Source: an uncultured Gammaproteobacteria bacterium
Lineage (GTDB): Bacteria > Patescibacteriota > Patescibacteriia > Patescibacteriales > UBA12465
DNA length: 64,000 nucleotides
Direction of reading: 5' to 3'
NCBI GenBank assembly: GCA_964470695.1
Contig: CAYYDR010000001.1
Location: 401,997-465,996 of the forward strand
The notes beneath the pieces are model-generated. The model did no database searches. It was not told where the DNA came from and saw only the letters and a list, made by a program, of their open reading frames with translations. This document shows positions 8,826-16,630 of the stretch, piece by piece (position 1 is the stretch's first letter; each line of letters starts with the position of its first letter). The position numbers were made by a program, and so were the translations under genes.

Positions 8826-9674
8826 ATGAACAATAAGGACCTTATCGGAAAATTAAATAATTTGAAAAAGATAAGCCCCGATCAAAATTGGCTTGATAGC
8901 AATCGGGAGCTTTTGTTATCCCAAATTTCTAATTCCGGAGCTGAGAATCTATCGGTTTGGAGAGCGAGCTTTATTAACTTTACTAGCGCCATGAAATCCT
9001 TATCTCAGCCGGCTTTCGCGCTGGGAGTTTTTGTTGTAATGCTGTTTTCCGGGGCCTTGTTTAGCCAGGGGCTACTCGCTTCTAGCAAGCCGAATACTTC
9101 TTTATATATTGCCCGCATCATTTCCGAGAAAGTTAAATTAAATACGACTTTTAATACCGAAGAGAGAAATAAACTAGCCGTTCAATATGCCTCTGAACAC
9201 GCCCAGGATATTAGCACTGTTTTAGCTGATCCGGCTTTTAATACTGAAGCTAACCGTGATCAGGTGGCCGCTTTAACAGATAGTTTTGAAAAAGAAGTTG
9301 ATACTGTTAAGACTCATATTAGCCGCATGCCCGTCGTCGTCAGAAAACCGGCCGTAAGCGATATTAATAATAACGATGTTGTTATCGCTGATAGTTCTAA
9401 AGATGGCCAGGGAATCCAGTTGGCCGAAAAAACCAATGTTAATATTCAGACTACTTTAGAAAATAAGGACTTCTTAGCTACTGGCGCCGCCTTAAATGAT
9501 AATGCGTCTTTAACAGCAACCTCTGCCGCTAGCTCAACTCCGAAATTAAATATTCCTGTTAAAGAAACTTCGGATGCGGAGAAGATAGTTGATGAAGCCA
9601 TAAAGTTATTTGATTCTAAAGATTATAGTAAAGCGTCTGATAAGTTAAAAGAAGTAAAAGATATAATTAAATAA
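8826..9674 (+). CDS. Putative anti-sigma factor: single-pass membrane protein downstream of the ECF sigma gene
   Basis: The call rests on position, one TM helix (AFALGVFVVMLFSGALF) and a low-complexity extracytoplasmic tail. No diagnostic motif was found. Confidence 0.4.
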   Translation: MNNKDLIGKLNNLKKISPDQNWLDSNRELLLSQISNSGAENLSVWRASFINFTSAMKSLSQPAFALGVFVVMLFSGALFSQGLLASSKPNTSLYIARIISEKVKLNTTFNTEERNKLAVQYASEHAQDISTVLADPAFNTEANRDQVAALTDSFEKEVDTVKTHISRMPVVVRKPAVSDINNNDVVIADSSKDGQGIQLAEKTNVNIQTTLENKDFLATGAALNDNASLTATSAASSTPKLNIPVKETSDAEKIVDEAIKLFDSKDYSKASDKLKEVKDIIK

Positions 9675-10151
9675 TAAAGCGCTAGCTTGTTAGTTTATCT
9701 CTGAACTCCGGTTAATCCGAGCCAAGAAGATTCGTCCTCTACTCCGGACAGCTGAGTGAGATAAATTAACAAGTTCGCGTTTTGGACTTAGTCCTAAAAC
9801 GTGGATTGGCAAACCCGTTCAATGGTCGAGCCCTGTCAAAAGGGTGGTTTGTCCCTTATAAACTTTATTCCTCTGATTCAAAGCTCTGACGGTTTATTTC
9901 TGGTAAGAAGTAAATCGGTTAAGCTTTTCTCCAGCCTTCGTGCAACACGCGCTAGGTTGGCAGAACTTATGATTTAAGGTCAGTCAGCCTTCGCCTTAAG
10001 CCTAAAAAGGGCTGGTGGAGCGGGATTCCGACTGATTTACGGCTAACCCCTAGAATATAAATCAATCAGGGCAGAGGATTAGACAACATGTCATTTTGAT
10101 CAGTTCCGACTACTATTGTCGGGACAATCAAAAATGACTTAACTATTACTT
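9675..10151 (+). other. ORF-free, GC-enriched, hairpin-rich region: a long structured 5' leader or an independent ncRNA upstream of the surface-protein gene
   Basis: No ORF >=60 aa on either strand. Stems at 9686-9701/9758-9773 (16 bp), 9778-9801 (10 bp plus a bulge) and 9808-9815/9846-9853 (8 bp). Composition is clearly richer in G+C than other spacers. Confidence 0.45.
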
Positions 10152-13100
10152 ATGAAAAAATTACGCAAGTTCTTAACTATCGGCGTAATGGTATTATCGG
10201 TAATTGCCATGAGCGGCATCGTAGTCGCTCCAGTTAATGCGGCCGCCTCTACTGGCGACTTAATTAAAATGGCTGGCAATGCTTCCGTTTACTATTTAAG
10301 TGCTGATGGTAAGAGATACGTCTTCCCTAACTCTACTACCTATTTCTCTTGGTATTCCGATTTCAGCGGCGTGGTAACCATCCCAGCTTCTGAATTACAG
10401 AGCTACCCATTGGGCGGCAATGTTACTATGAGACCAGGTACGAAGTTAGTGAAGGTTACTACTGATCCTTCTGTTTATGCCGTTGAACCTAATGGCACTC
10501 TCAGAAAGATCCAGAGTGAAGCCCAGGCGGCTGCCTTATACGGCACCAACTGGAACAAGAGAGTTGTTGATGTTCCTGATGCTTTCTTCACCAACTACAC
10601 TGTTGGCGCAGCTTTAGCTAATGGCGCTACTCCAGTTGGTTCTTTAGTAAAGACCGCTGGTTCTTCCAGTGTTTATTACTATGATGGTACTAATTACAGA
10701 ATGTTCGCTTCGGAAGCAGCTTTAACTGCTAACCGCTATGCGATGAGCGATGTTTTGACTGTTGCTTCTGTTACTGCTGGTGGTTCTTCCATCACTGGTG
10801 CGGAAACTGCTTTAGTTAAGACTTCACAGGGTGGTGTTTCTACCGGTACTGTTGTAACCGGTTCTGGTTTAATGGTTTCATTAAGCTCTAACACTGCTTC
10901 TGGCAGCACTTTAATCTACGGTCAAGCTAATGCAAATTTAGCTACCTTTAACTTCACTGCCGCTAATGACGGTGCTGTTACTGTTAAGACCTTAAAGGTT
11001 AAGAGAACTGGTGTCTCTTCAGACGCTTTGTTAACTGCCGCTTATCTGTATGAAGGTGCTAATCGTTTAACCGATAACGCCACTGTTAGTGCTAACTATA
11101 TTACCTTTAACAATGCTGCTGGTTTATTCACCGTAGCTGCTGGTCAGACCAAGAGCATTACTGTTAAATCTAACATTTCTAGTACTACTACTGATGGTGC
11201 TAACGTTGCTGTGTCTATCAATGCCGCTTCTGACGTTACCTCCACCGGCGCCGCTGTTACTGGGGCTTTCCCATTAACCGGCAACACCATGAGTGTTTCT
11301 AGCGCTACTTTAGCGACTTTCGCTTTTAACGCTACTACTAATCCGTCTGCTGCTGGCAACGTTGATGCTGGTCAGTCTGATTACACTTTATGGAAGAACG
11401 CAGTTACTATTGGTAACCGCGATATCGTTCTGTCAAGCATCCGCTTACGTCAGATCGGTTCTGTCGCTACTACTGATTTGAAAGATTTATCTTTCTATGT
11501 AGATGGCGTTAAGAAGGGCACTACCCAACAGTTGGGTACTGACGGTTATGTTACTTTTGATTTCTCTTCAAGCCCAGTTACCTTATTATCAGGTGGCCGC
11601 ACTTTAGAGTTACGTGGTAGCATCGTCGGTGGTTCTTCTAAGACCTATTCTTTCTCCTTACAGCAAGCAACTGATTTAGTCGCTGCTGATTCACAATACA
11701 ATGCTTACGTTACTGCCACTGCAGTTCCGGCTACTACCGGCACTCAGACTGTTAACGCTGGCACTTTGACTGTTACTAAGCTTTCTGACTCTCCATCTGG
11801 AAACATCACTAAAGATGCTTCTGGTGTTACCTTAGGTAAATATGAGTTCAAGGCTTATGGTGAAAGCATGAAGGTTGAATATTTAACTGCTGGTTATACA
11901 TCTAATGATGCTACTATCGGTAAGTTAAGAAATGGTGCTTTGTATGCTAACGGCGTCCAGATCGGCTCTACTGCTGATTTAGTTAAGGATGCTGGCGGCA
12001 CTACTTACAGCTTAGGTTCATCTTTAATCATTACTCCAGGTACTCCAGTTACCGTAGAAATCAGAGCTGATATCTATGATAACGATGGTACTAACAATGT
12101 AACTGCTGGTGATACCTTTGTTGCTGACTTAATCACCTATACCAATGGTGCTCAGAGACAGTCTTCTCTTGGCTATGTTAATGTCCCATCCGCTCAGGTT
12201 ACTGGCGGTACTTTAACTGTCCAGACTGGCACTATTTCTTTAGCAGCTCAAACCACTTATGGTAATCAGAACGTTGTTGTTCCGAAGACCAATACTAAGT
12301 TGGCTGCTTTCACCTTAACTGGTAACAACATTGAAGACACTACTATCAATTCTTTTGAAGTAGCCTTCACTAGCGTTACTGGTGCTACCTTCAGCAAAGA
12401 TGACTTAAATGATGTTTATTTGAAGTATGGTTCAAAGAATTCAACTGTAAAATCTACAGTTAACGCGACTGGCAATGTCTGGTCCATTTCTGAGACCTTG
12501 GCTAAGAATGGCAACATGGTCATTGAAGTTTGGGGCAATATCGGTTCAACCGTTACTGCTACTCACTCTATGAAGACTAGCTTATTAGTATCTGGTACTA
12601 CTGTTGGCTCTTCTCAGACCGTTACTACCAATGGTAATGCGGTTTTAGATGGTCAGACTTTAACTGCTCAAACTGGCAGTATTGCTTCTTCTTTGGACGC
12701 GACTACCCCAGTTAGCAAGGTTGTAGTTGGTAATGGCGCTCAGGACTTAGGTGCTTTCCGCTTTACTACTACTAACGACAATTACACTTTGACTGAAGCT
12801 GTAGTTAAGGTTGCCGATGCTGCCGCTGCTTCTAACATCACTTCTCTTTCTTTGAAAGATGGAGCTAATGTTGTTGCAACTGCTCCAATTTCTGGCACCT
12901 CCGCTACTTTCAGCGGTTTGAGCTTACCGGTTGCTGCTAATAGCTACAAGGTATTGACTGTTGTCGGTAACTTGGGTGTTGTTGGCTTCGGTGCTGGTAA
13001 TACTGGCGCTGCTGTTACTGTTACTCTTGATTCTTTCAAGGCTAACAATTCACAGGGCACTGAGACTGCTGATGCTACTGATAGAGCTGGTAATGCCATT

Positions 13101-13682
13101 TATGTTTACAAGGCTACTCCAACTATCGCTACTCAGACTTTACCATCAACCTTACTAAGTGCTAGCACTATGACTATCGCCAAGTTATCTATCACTGGCA
13201 ATACTGATACTATTGCTTGGAAGAAGTTAACTGTTGGCGTTACTAAGACTGCTAACCCAACCATCGCTGCTTTAGCTGGCGCTAATGGTACTGGTTCTGT
13301 CACTTTATATGACGAAACCGATACTGCTATCCCAGGTACTATTGCCTTCGCTGGTTTAGTAGGTGGTGCAGCTAGTGCTAACGTTGTCTTCACTGCTACT
13401 AACGAACAGTTAGTAAGCGGCAGCAAGACCTATACCTTGAAAGCTACTATCGGTGGCGCTCCAGTTGCTGGCGACAGTGTCAGCACCACTTTAACTCGTG
13501 GTGCAGTCGCTTATGCCGCTTCTGCTGCTTACACTGGTACTGCTGATGGATATAACGGCTTCGTATGGTCTGATCAATCTGGTGATACCACCACTCCTAC
13601 TCACAGCTTAACCTCTGCTGATTGGAGCAACGATTGGTTAATCAAGAACTTACCAACCGATTCTCAGACTTTATCTAAATAA
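10152..13682 (+). CDS. Large secreted cell-surface (S-layer-like) protein with repeated beta-sandwich-like modules
   Basis: Signal peptide (MKKLRKFLTIGVMVLSVIAMSGIVVAPVNAAAS). 1176 aa, T/S/A/G/V-rich with no Cys. Recurrent module starts (LATFNFTAAN.., LGKYEFKAYG.., LAAFTLTGNN.., LGAFRFTTTN.., IAKLSITGNT..). Strongly biased T-ending codons, and a strong terminator follows. Confidence 0.65.
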   Translation: MKKLRKFLTIGVMVLSVIAMSGIVVAPVNAAASTGDLIKMAGNASVYYLSADGKRYVFPNSTTYFSWYSDFSGVVTIPASELQSYPLGGNVTMRPGTKLVKVTTDPSVYAVEPNGTLRKIQSEAQAAALYGTNWNKRVVDVPDAFFTNYTVGAALANGATPVGSLVKTAGSSSVYYYDGTNYRMFASEAALTANRYAMSDVLTVASVTAGGSSITGAETALVKTSQGGVSTGTVVTGSGLMVSLSSNTASGSTLIYGQANANLATFNFTAANDGAVTVKTLKVKRTGVSSDALLTAAYLYEGANRLTDNATVSANYITFNNAAGLFTVAAGQTKSITVKSNISSTTTDGANVAVSINAASDVTSTGAAVTGAFPLTGNTMSVSSATLATFAFNATTNPSAAGNVDAGQSDYTLWKNAVTIGNRDIVLSSIRLRQIGSVATTDLKDLSFYVDGVKKGTTQQLGTDGYVTFDFSSSPVTLLSGGRTLELRGSIVGGSSKTYSFSLQQATDLVAADSQYNAYVTATAVPATTGTQTVNAGTLTVTKLSDSPSGNITKDASGVTLGKYEFKAYGESMKVEYLTAGYTSNDATIGKLRNGALYANGVQIGSTADLVKDAGGTTYSLGSSLIITPGTPVTVEIRADIYDNDGTNNVTAGDTFVADLITYTNGAQRQSSLGYVNVPSAQVTGGTLTVQTGTISLAAQTTYGNQNVVVPKTNTKLAAFTLTGNNIEDTTINSFEVAFTSVTGATFSKDDLNDVYLKYGSKNSTVKSTVNATGNVWSISETLAKNGNMVIEVWGNIGSTVTATHSMKTSLLVSGTTVGSSQTVTTNGNAVLDGQTLTAQTGSIASSLDATTPVSKVVVGNGAQDLGAFRFTTTNDNYTLTEAVVKVADAAAASNITSLSLKDGANVVATAPISGTSATFSGLSLPVAANSYKVLTVVGNLGVVGFGAGNTGAAVTVTLDSFKANNSQGTETADATDRAGNAIYVYKATPTIATQTLPSTLLSASTMTIAKLSITGNTDTIAWKKLTVGVTKTANPTIAALAGANGTGSVTLYDETDTAIPGTIAFAGLVGGAASANVVFTATNEQLVSGSKTYTLKATIGGAPVAGDSVSTTLTRGAVAYAASAAYTGTADGYNGFVWSDQSGDTTTPTHSLTSADWSNDWLIKNLPTDSQTLSK

Positions 13683-13715
13683 TATTTAGTTAAGGAAGAG
13701 TAACGTTGGTTTAAA

Positions 13716-13750
13716 AACGCCCCTCCGGTTTTCGGAGGGGCGTTTTGTTT
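13716..13750 (+). terminator. Intrinsic terminator
   Basis: A 12-bp GC-rich stem AACGCCCCTCCG/CGGAGGGGCGTT followed by a T-run. Confidence 0.85.
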
Positions 13751-13803
13751 ATAATCGCCTATTTTTATGGTATACTGGGGGATATTAATAAACATCTAAA
13801 AAT

Positions 13804-14952
13804 ATGATTAAAAAATCCAGTATTTTTTTAAGCCTAGCTCTAATGTTGGGAATTTTACTCTTAAGCTTCTCATCTGTTTTTGCTGCGAGCGATCTTAAAG
13901 GCCGTTTGCTTCTCCAAGTAGAGGATAAGGGGAAGGCCTGGTATGTTGATCCGGCGACCGGTTCACGCGCTTACTTAGGCTCTCAGGAAAATGCTTTAAA
14001 AGTAGTGCGGAGTTTTGGCATGGGGATAAGTAATGCTAATTTAGATAAGATTGATAAAGATTCTAAACTGGCTAAGAAGTTAGCCGGAAAAATTTTGTTG
14101 CAGGTTGAATCACGCGGGGAAGCCTGGTATGTCAGTCCGGTTGATTTGAAAAAATATTATCTAGGTAAAGCGGCTGATATGTATGGCGTTATGAAAAAAT
14201 TAAGTCTGGGAATAACTAACATAAATTTAGCTAAAATTTCTGTTTTGTCTAAATATAATGAAAGTTCCAGTGGAGAAGTGGTTGTTCCAGTTACTCCGCC
14301 GGTCGTGCCAGTAGCCACAACGACTCTCCCAGTAGCCACTAGCACGCCCCCAACTCCGCCTACTGTCCCCGTAACTCCAACTTGTTCTTCTTGGACTTAT
14401 AGCGACTGGTCGGTTTGTGATGCCTCTAAATTACAGACCAGGACGGCTCTTAGCGCTTCTCCGGCCGGTTGCGTCGGCGGTACACCTGTTTTGAGCCAGG
14501 CCTGTGAGTTAAGTTTTAATGTTAATGTTTCAGCGGGGAATACGCCATCATTTATTATTACTGATAAGGCGACAGTTGAGGTTGTATATAATATTGAAAA
14601 CGCTTCTAAAGTTTATCCGATTAGTATTACTGGTATCGTCTTTGAAAATAATTTAGATACTAGCGGTACTACTTATTATTATGACAAAACATTTTTAAAT
14701 GTTTATGACGCTCAGAATAAAGTTTTAGCGACTAAAAATTTAGTTAATAATGCGACTAATGATTTAGTATTTAGCAGCCCGTTGATTGTTAACGCTCAGA
14801 GCTCATCTACTCTAAGAGTAGTAATGGATGGTTTTGCGGGAGATTTTGGTACTCCTCATATGATAGTCAAATTACTGAATATGAGCGTAAGCCCGGCTAA
14901 GGCTGTATTAAAGGGTTTGTCTATTGATTCTAATATCTATCGCCGACAATAA
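13804..14952 (+). CDS. Secreted repeat protein of unknown function
   Basis: Signal peptide. Two ~60-aa repeats (LLLQVEDKGKAWYVDPATGSRAYLG / ILLQVESRGEAWYVSPVDLKKYYLG), a P/T/V-rich linker, and a Cys-containing C-terminal domain. Confidence 0.5.
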   Translation: MIKKSSIFLSLALMLGILLLSFSSVFAASDLKGRLLLQVEDKGKAWYVDPATGSRAYLGSQENALKVVRSFGMGISNANLDKIDKDSKLAKKLAGKILLQVESRGEAWYVSPVDLKKYYLGKAADMYGVMKKLSLGITNINLAKISVLSKYNESSSGEVVVPVTPPVVPVATTTLPVATSTPPTPPTVPVTPTCSSWTYSDWSVCDASKLQTRTALSASPAGCVGGTPVLSQACELSFNVNVSAGNTPSFIITDKATVEVVYNIENASKVYPISITGIVFENNLDTSGTTYYYDKTFLNVYDAQNKVLATKNLVNNATNDLVFSSPLIVNAQSSSTLRVVMDGFAGDFGTPHMIVKLLNMSVSPAKAVLKGLSIDSNIYRRQ

Positions 14953-14963
14953 GTAAAACTATA

Positions 14964-14996
14964 AAAAAGAGCCCCTTTGGGGGCTCTTTTTGTTTT
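14964..14996 (+). terminator. Intrinsic terminator
   Basis: Stem AAGAGCCCC/GGGGCTCTT followed by a T-run. Confidence 0.8.
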
Positions 14997-15033
14997 TATA
15001 AAAGCCTTTTAAAATAAGGCTTTTTTAAAACTC

Positions 15034-15062
15034 TTGCGCTTCGGTTTTGTTTCGGGTATAAT
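15034..15062 (+). promoter_or_regulatory. lexA promoter: TTGCGC, 17-nt spacer, TATAAT, with a TTCGG direct repeat in the spacer
   Basis: TTGCGC at 15034-15039 and TATAAT at 15057-15062. TTCGG occurs at 15040-15044 and 15051-15055 (period 11). Confidence 0.45.
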
Positions 15063-15141
15063 ATATAGGTAAGGCTTAATATGAGCCCTTAAGATATCCA
15101 CAGCTTTATTATTATAAATAATAATACGGCCTAAAAAATAT

Positions 15142-15753
15142 ATGACAACTTTAACCAAAAAACAAAAAGAGATTTACGACTATGTCGCCTCTCAAATTGA
15201 AAAAAATGGCTACGCGCCCTCCTTAACAGAAATTAAGGATAAGTTTAAAATTGCTACTATTTCAACCATCCATGAACATATTTCTAACTTAATCGGTAAG
15301 GGGCTCTTAAAGAAGGCTAAGGGCGTAGCACGCAGTTTGGAGCTCGTGAAACTTAAAAGCGTCGCTATGATGGCTATACCGGTCGCCGGCGTTATTACGG
15401 CCGGAAAGCCGATTGAAGCGATTGAAGTCTCCGACCAGGTTATTGAGATTGCCCGTGACCGTCGTTTCGTGGCTGGCGAATTATACGCTTTGAAGGTAAG
15501 AGGGAACTCCATGATAGGCGATGGAATTTTTGATGGCGATTTCGCGATTATTAAAAAACAGTCCTGGGCTGATAATGGTGATACGGTTGTGGCGGTTATT
15601 GATGATAATGAGGCGACTTTAAAGAGATATTATAAAGAAAAGAAACAGATTCGTTTGCAGCCAGCTAATCCGACTTTTGATCCGATTTTCCGCAAGGACG
15701 TAGAAGTTAGAGGCATAGTTGTTAAGATTATTAGAGATTTTCAAAGGGCGTAG
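15142..15753 (+). CDS. lexA: LexA repressor (S24 peptidase)
   Basis: N-terminal winged HTH ('LTKKQKEIYDYV...GYAPSLTEI'), Ala-Gly cleavage region ('VAGVITAGKPIEA'), and catalytic 'GNSMIGDGIFDGD...LKRY'. Confidence 0.9.
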   Translation: MTTLTKKQKEIYDYVASQIEKNGYAPSLTEIKDKFKIATISTIHEHISNLIGKGLLKKAKGVARSLELVKLKSVAMMAIPVAGVITAGKPIEAIEVSDQVIEIARDRRFVAGELYALKVRGNSMIGDGIFDGDFAIIKKQSWADNGDTVVAVIDDNEATLKRYYKEKKQIRLQPANPTFDPIFRKDVEVRGIVVKIIRDFQRA

Positions 15754-15778
15754 TTTTGATTATTTGTATTATTATTTT

Positions 15779-15811
15779 AAAAAACCTCCTGATCGTCAGG
15801 AGGTTTTTTTG
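15779..15811 (+). terminator. Intrinsic terminator
   Basis: Stem CCTCCTGA/TCAGGAGG followed by T7. Confidence 0.8.
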
Positions 15812-16010
15812 TTAGACTTATGACATAAATTCACCCGGTTTTTGCTGATTGATTGGGGAGTGGATTAATGCTATAATTATTTTTACCTCTCTATCATTAG
15901 ACTGGGTAATAAACAAGACACAAGAGGCAATTATTAATCTGAGCCTGGTTAGGCTCCTATAATTGCCAGAGCTCTAAAATTAATCAGATTTTAGGGTGGG
16001 CTAAGAGTTT

Positions 16011-16523
16011 ATGAGTACGACTCATGTAATGTTGACGGCTGAACAGTTCAGTCAATTAGCGACGAAAGACGACCTTAAGAACTTTGCAACGAAAGACGAC
16101 CTTAAGAACTTTGCAACGAAAGACGACCTTAAGAACTTTGCAACGAAAGACGACTTAAAGGTTTTAGAAGGGAAGCTAGAGAATTTTGCGACGAAAGACG
16201 ACTTTAGGAGCTTAGATAAGAAGATTAGTGATTTAGACAAAACTTTCGGTGATAAATTTGGTTATTTAGACAAAAGGGTTAATGATTTAGACAAGAGATT
16301 TAATATTAAGCTTGATTGTTTGAATAAGAAGTTTAATAATTTAGACCAGAAGCTTGATCTCAAATTCAACCAGCTTGACTATAAAATTGAATCATCATTT
16401 GATGATGTACATAGCCGGCTGGGACAAGGTATTAATAATCATGAGAAAAATATTAGCGAACTTAACCTTATCACGGCCGACCATGCTTCGCGGATAAAGA
16501 AATTAGAGTTTAGGGCTTACTGA
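16011..16523 (+). CDS. Coiled-coil repeat protein of unknown function
   Basis: Four ATKDDLKNF repeats followed by LDK/FN heptad-like repeats. No TM helix or signal peptide. Confidence 0.5.
   Translation: MSTTHVMLTAEQFSQLATKDDLKNFATKDDLKNFATKDDLKNFATKDDLKVLEGKLENFATKDDFRSLDKKISDLDKTFGDKFGYLDKRVNDLDKRFNIKLDCLNKKFNNLDQKLDLKFNQLDYKIESSFDDVHSRLGQGINNHEKNISELNLITADHASRIKKLEFRAY
16059..16166 (+). repeat. In-frame 27-bp tandem repeat: three near-identical copies plus one variant
   Basis: GC(R)ACGAAAGACGACCTTAAGAACTTT at 16059, 16086 and 16113, with a variant copy at 16140. Confidence 0.9.
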
Positions 16524-16560
16524 CTTTTAAGGGATATTTATAATATTAGGAGATTACCAA

Positions 16561-16589
16561 ATAGCCGTCGACACGATGTCGACGGCTAT
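16561..16589 (+). terminator. Perfect 12-bp hairpin: a possible terminator or operator abutting the next promoter
   Basis: ATAGCCGTCGAC-acgat-GTCGACGGCTAT, followed directly by TGTTATAAT with no T-run. Confidence 0.35.
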
Positions 16590-16630
16590 GTTATAATTAT
16601 ACCAGTAATTTAGACTAATCATTAAATAAT

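Noticed and set aside
10013-10040. On the minus strand this reads ...GTCGGAATCCCGCTCCACCA, resembling a tmRNA/tRNA T-loop with a CCA end.
   Set aside because: The acceptor and T-stem lengths do not fit: only ~4 nt lie between the putative T-stem and ACCA. No complementary 5' GGAGCGG acceptor strand is available outside the adjacent CDS, and no tag-reading-frame-like segment is seen.
11144-13426. ORFs of 65-97 aa inside the surface-protein gene: 11144-11359 and 13133-13426 antisense, 12961-13158 in an alternate frame.
   Set aside because: They are fully nested in a long, strongly codon-biased CDS. Their low-complexity A/V/L/T translations are typical of antisense or alternate-frame reading of a repetitive gene. 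They have no independent start or promoter signals.
16059-16166. A regularly spaced repeat that might be a CRISPR array.
   Set aside because: The repeats are directly adjacent with no spacers. They are 27 bp, in frame, and translate to ATKDDLKNF inside an ORF. No cas genes or CRISPR-like arrays occur anywhere in the window.
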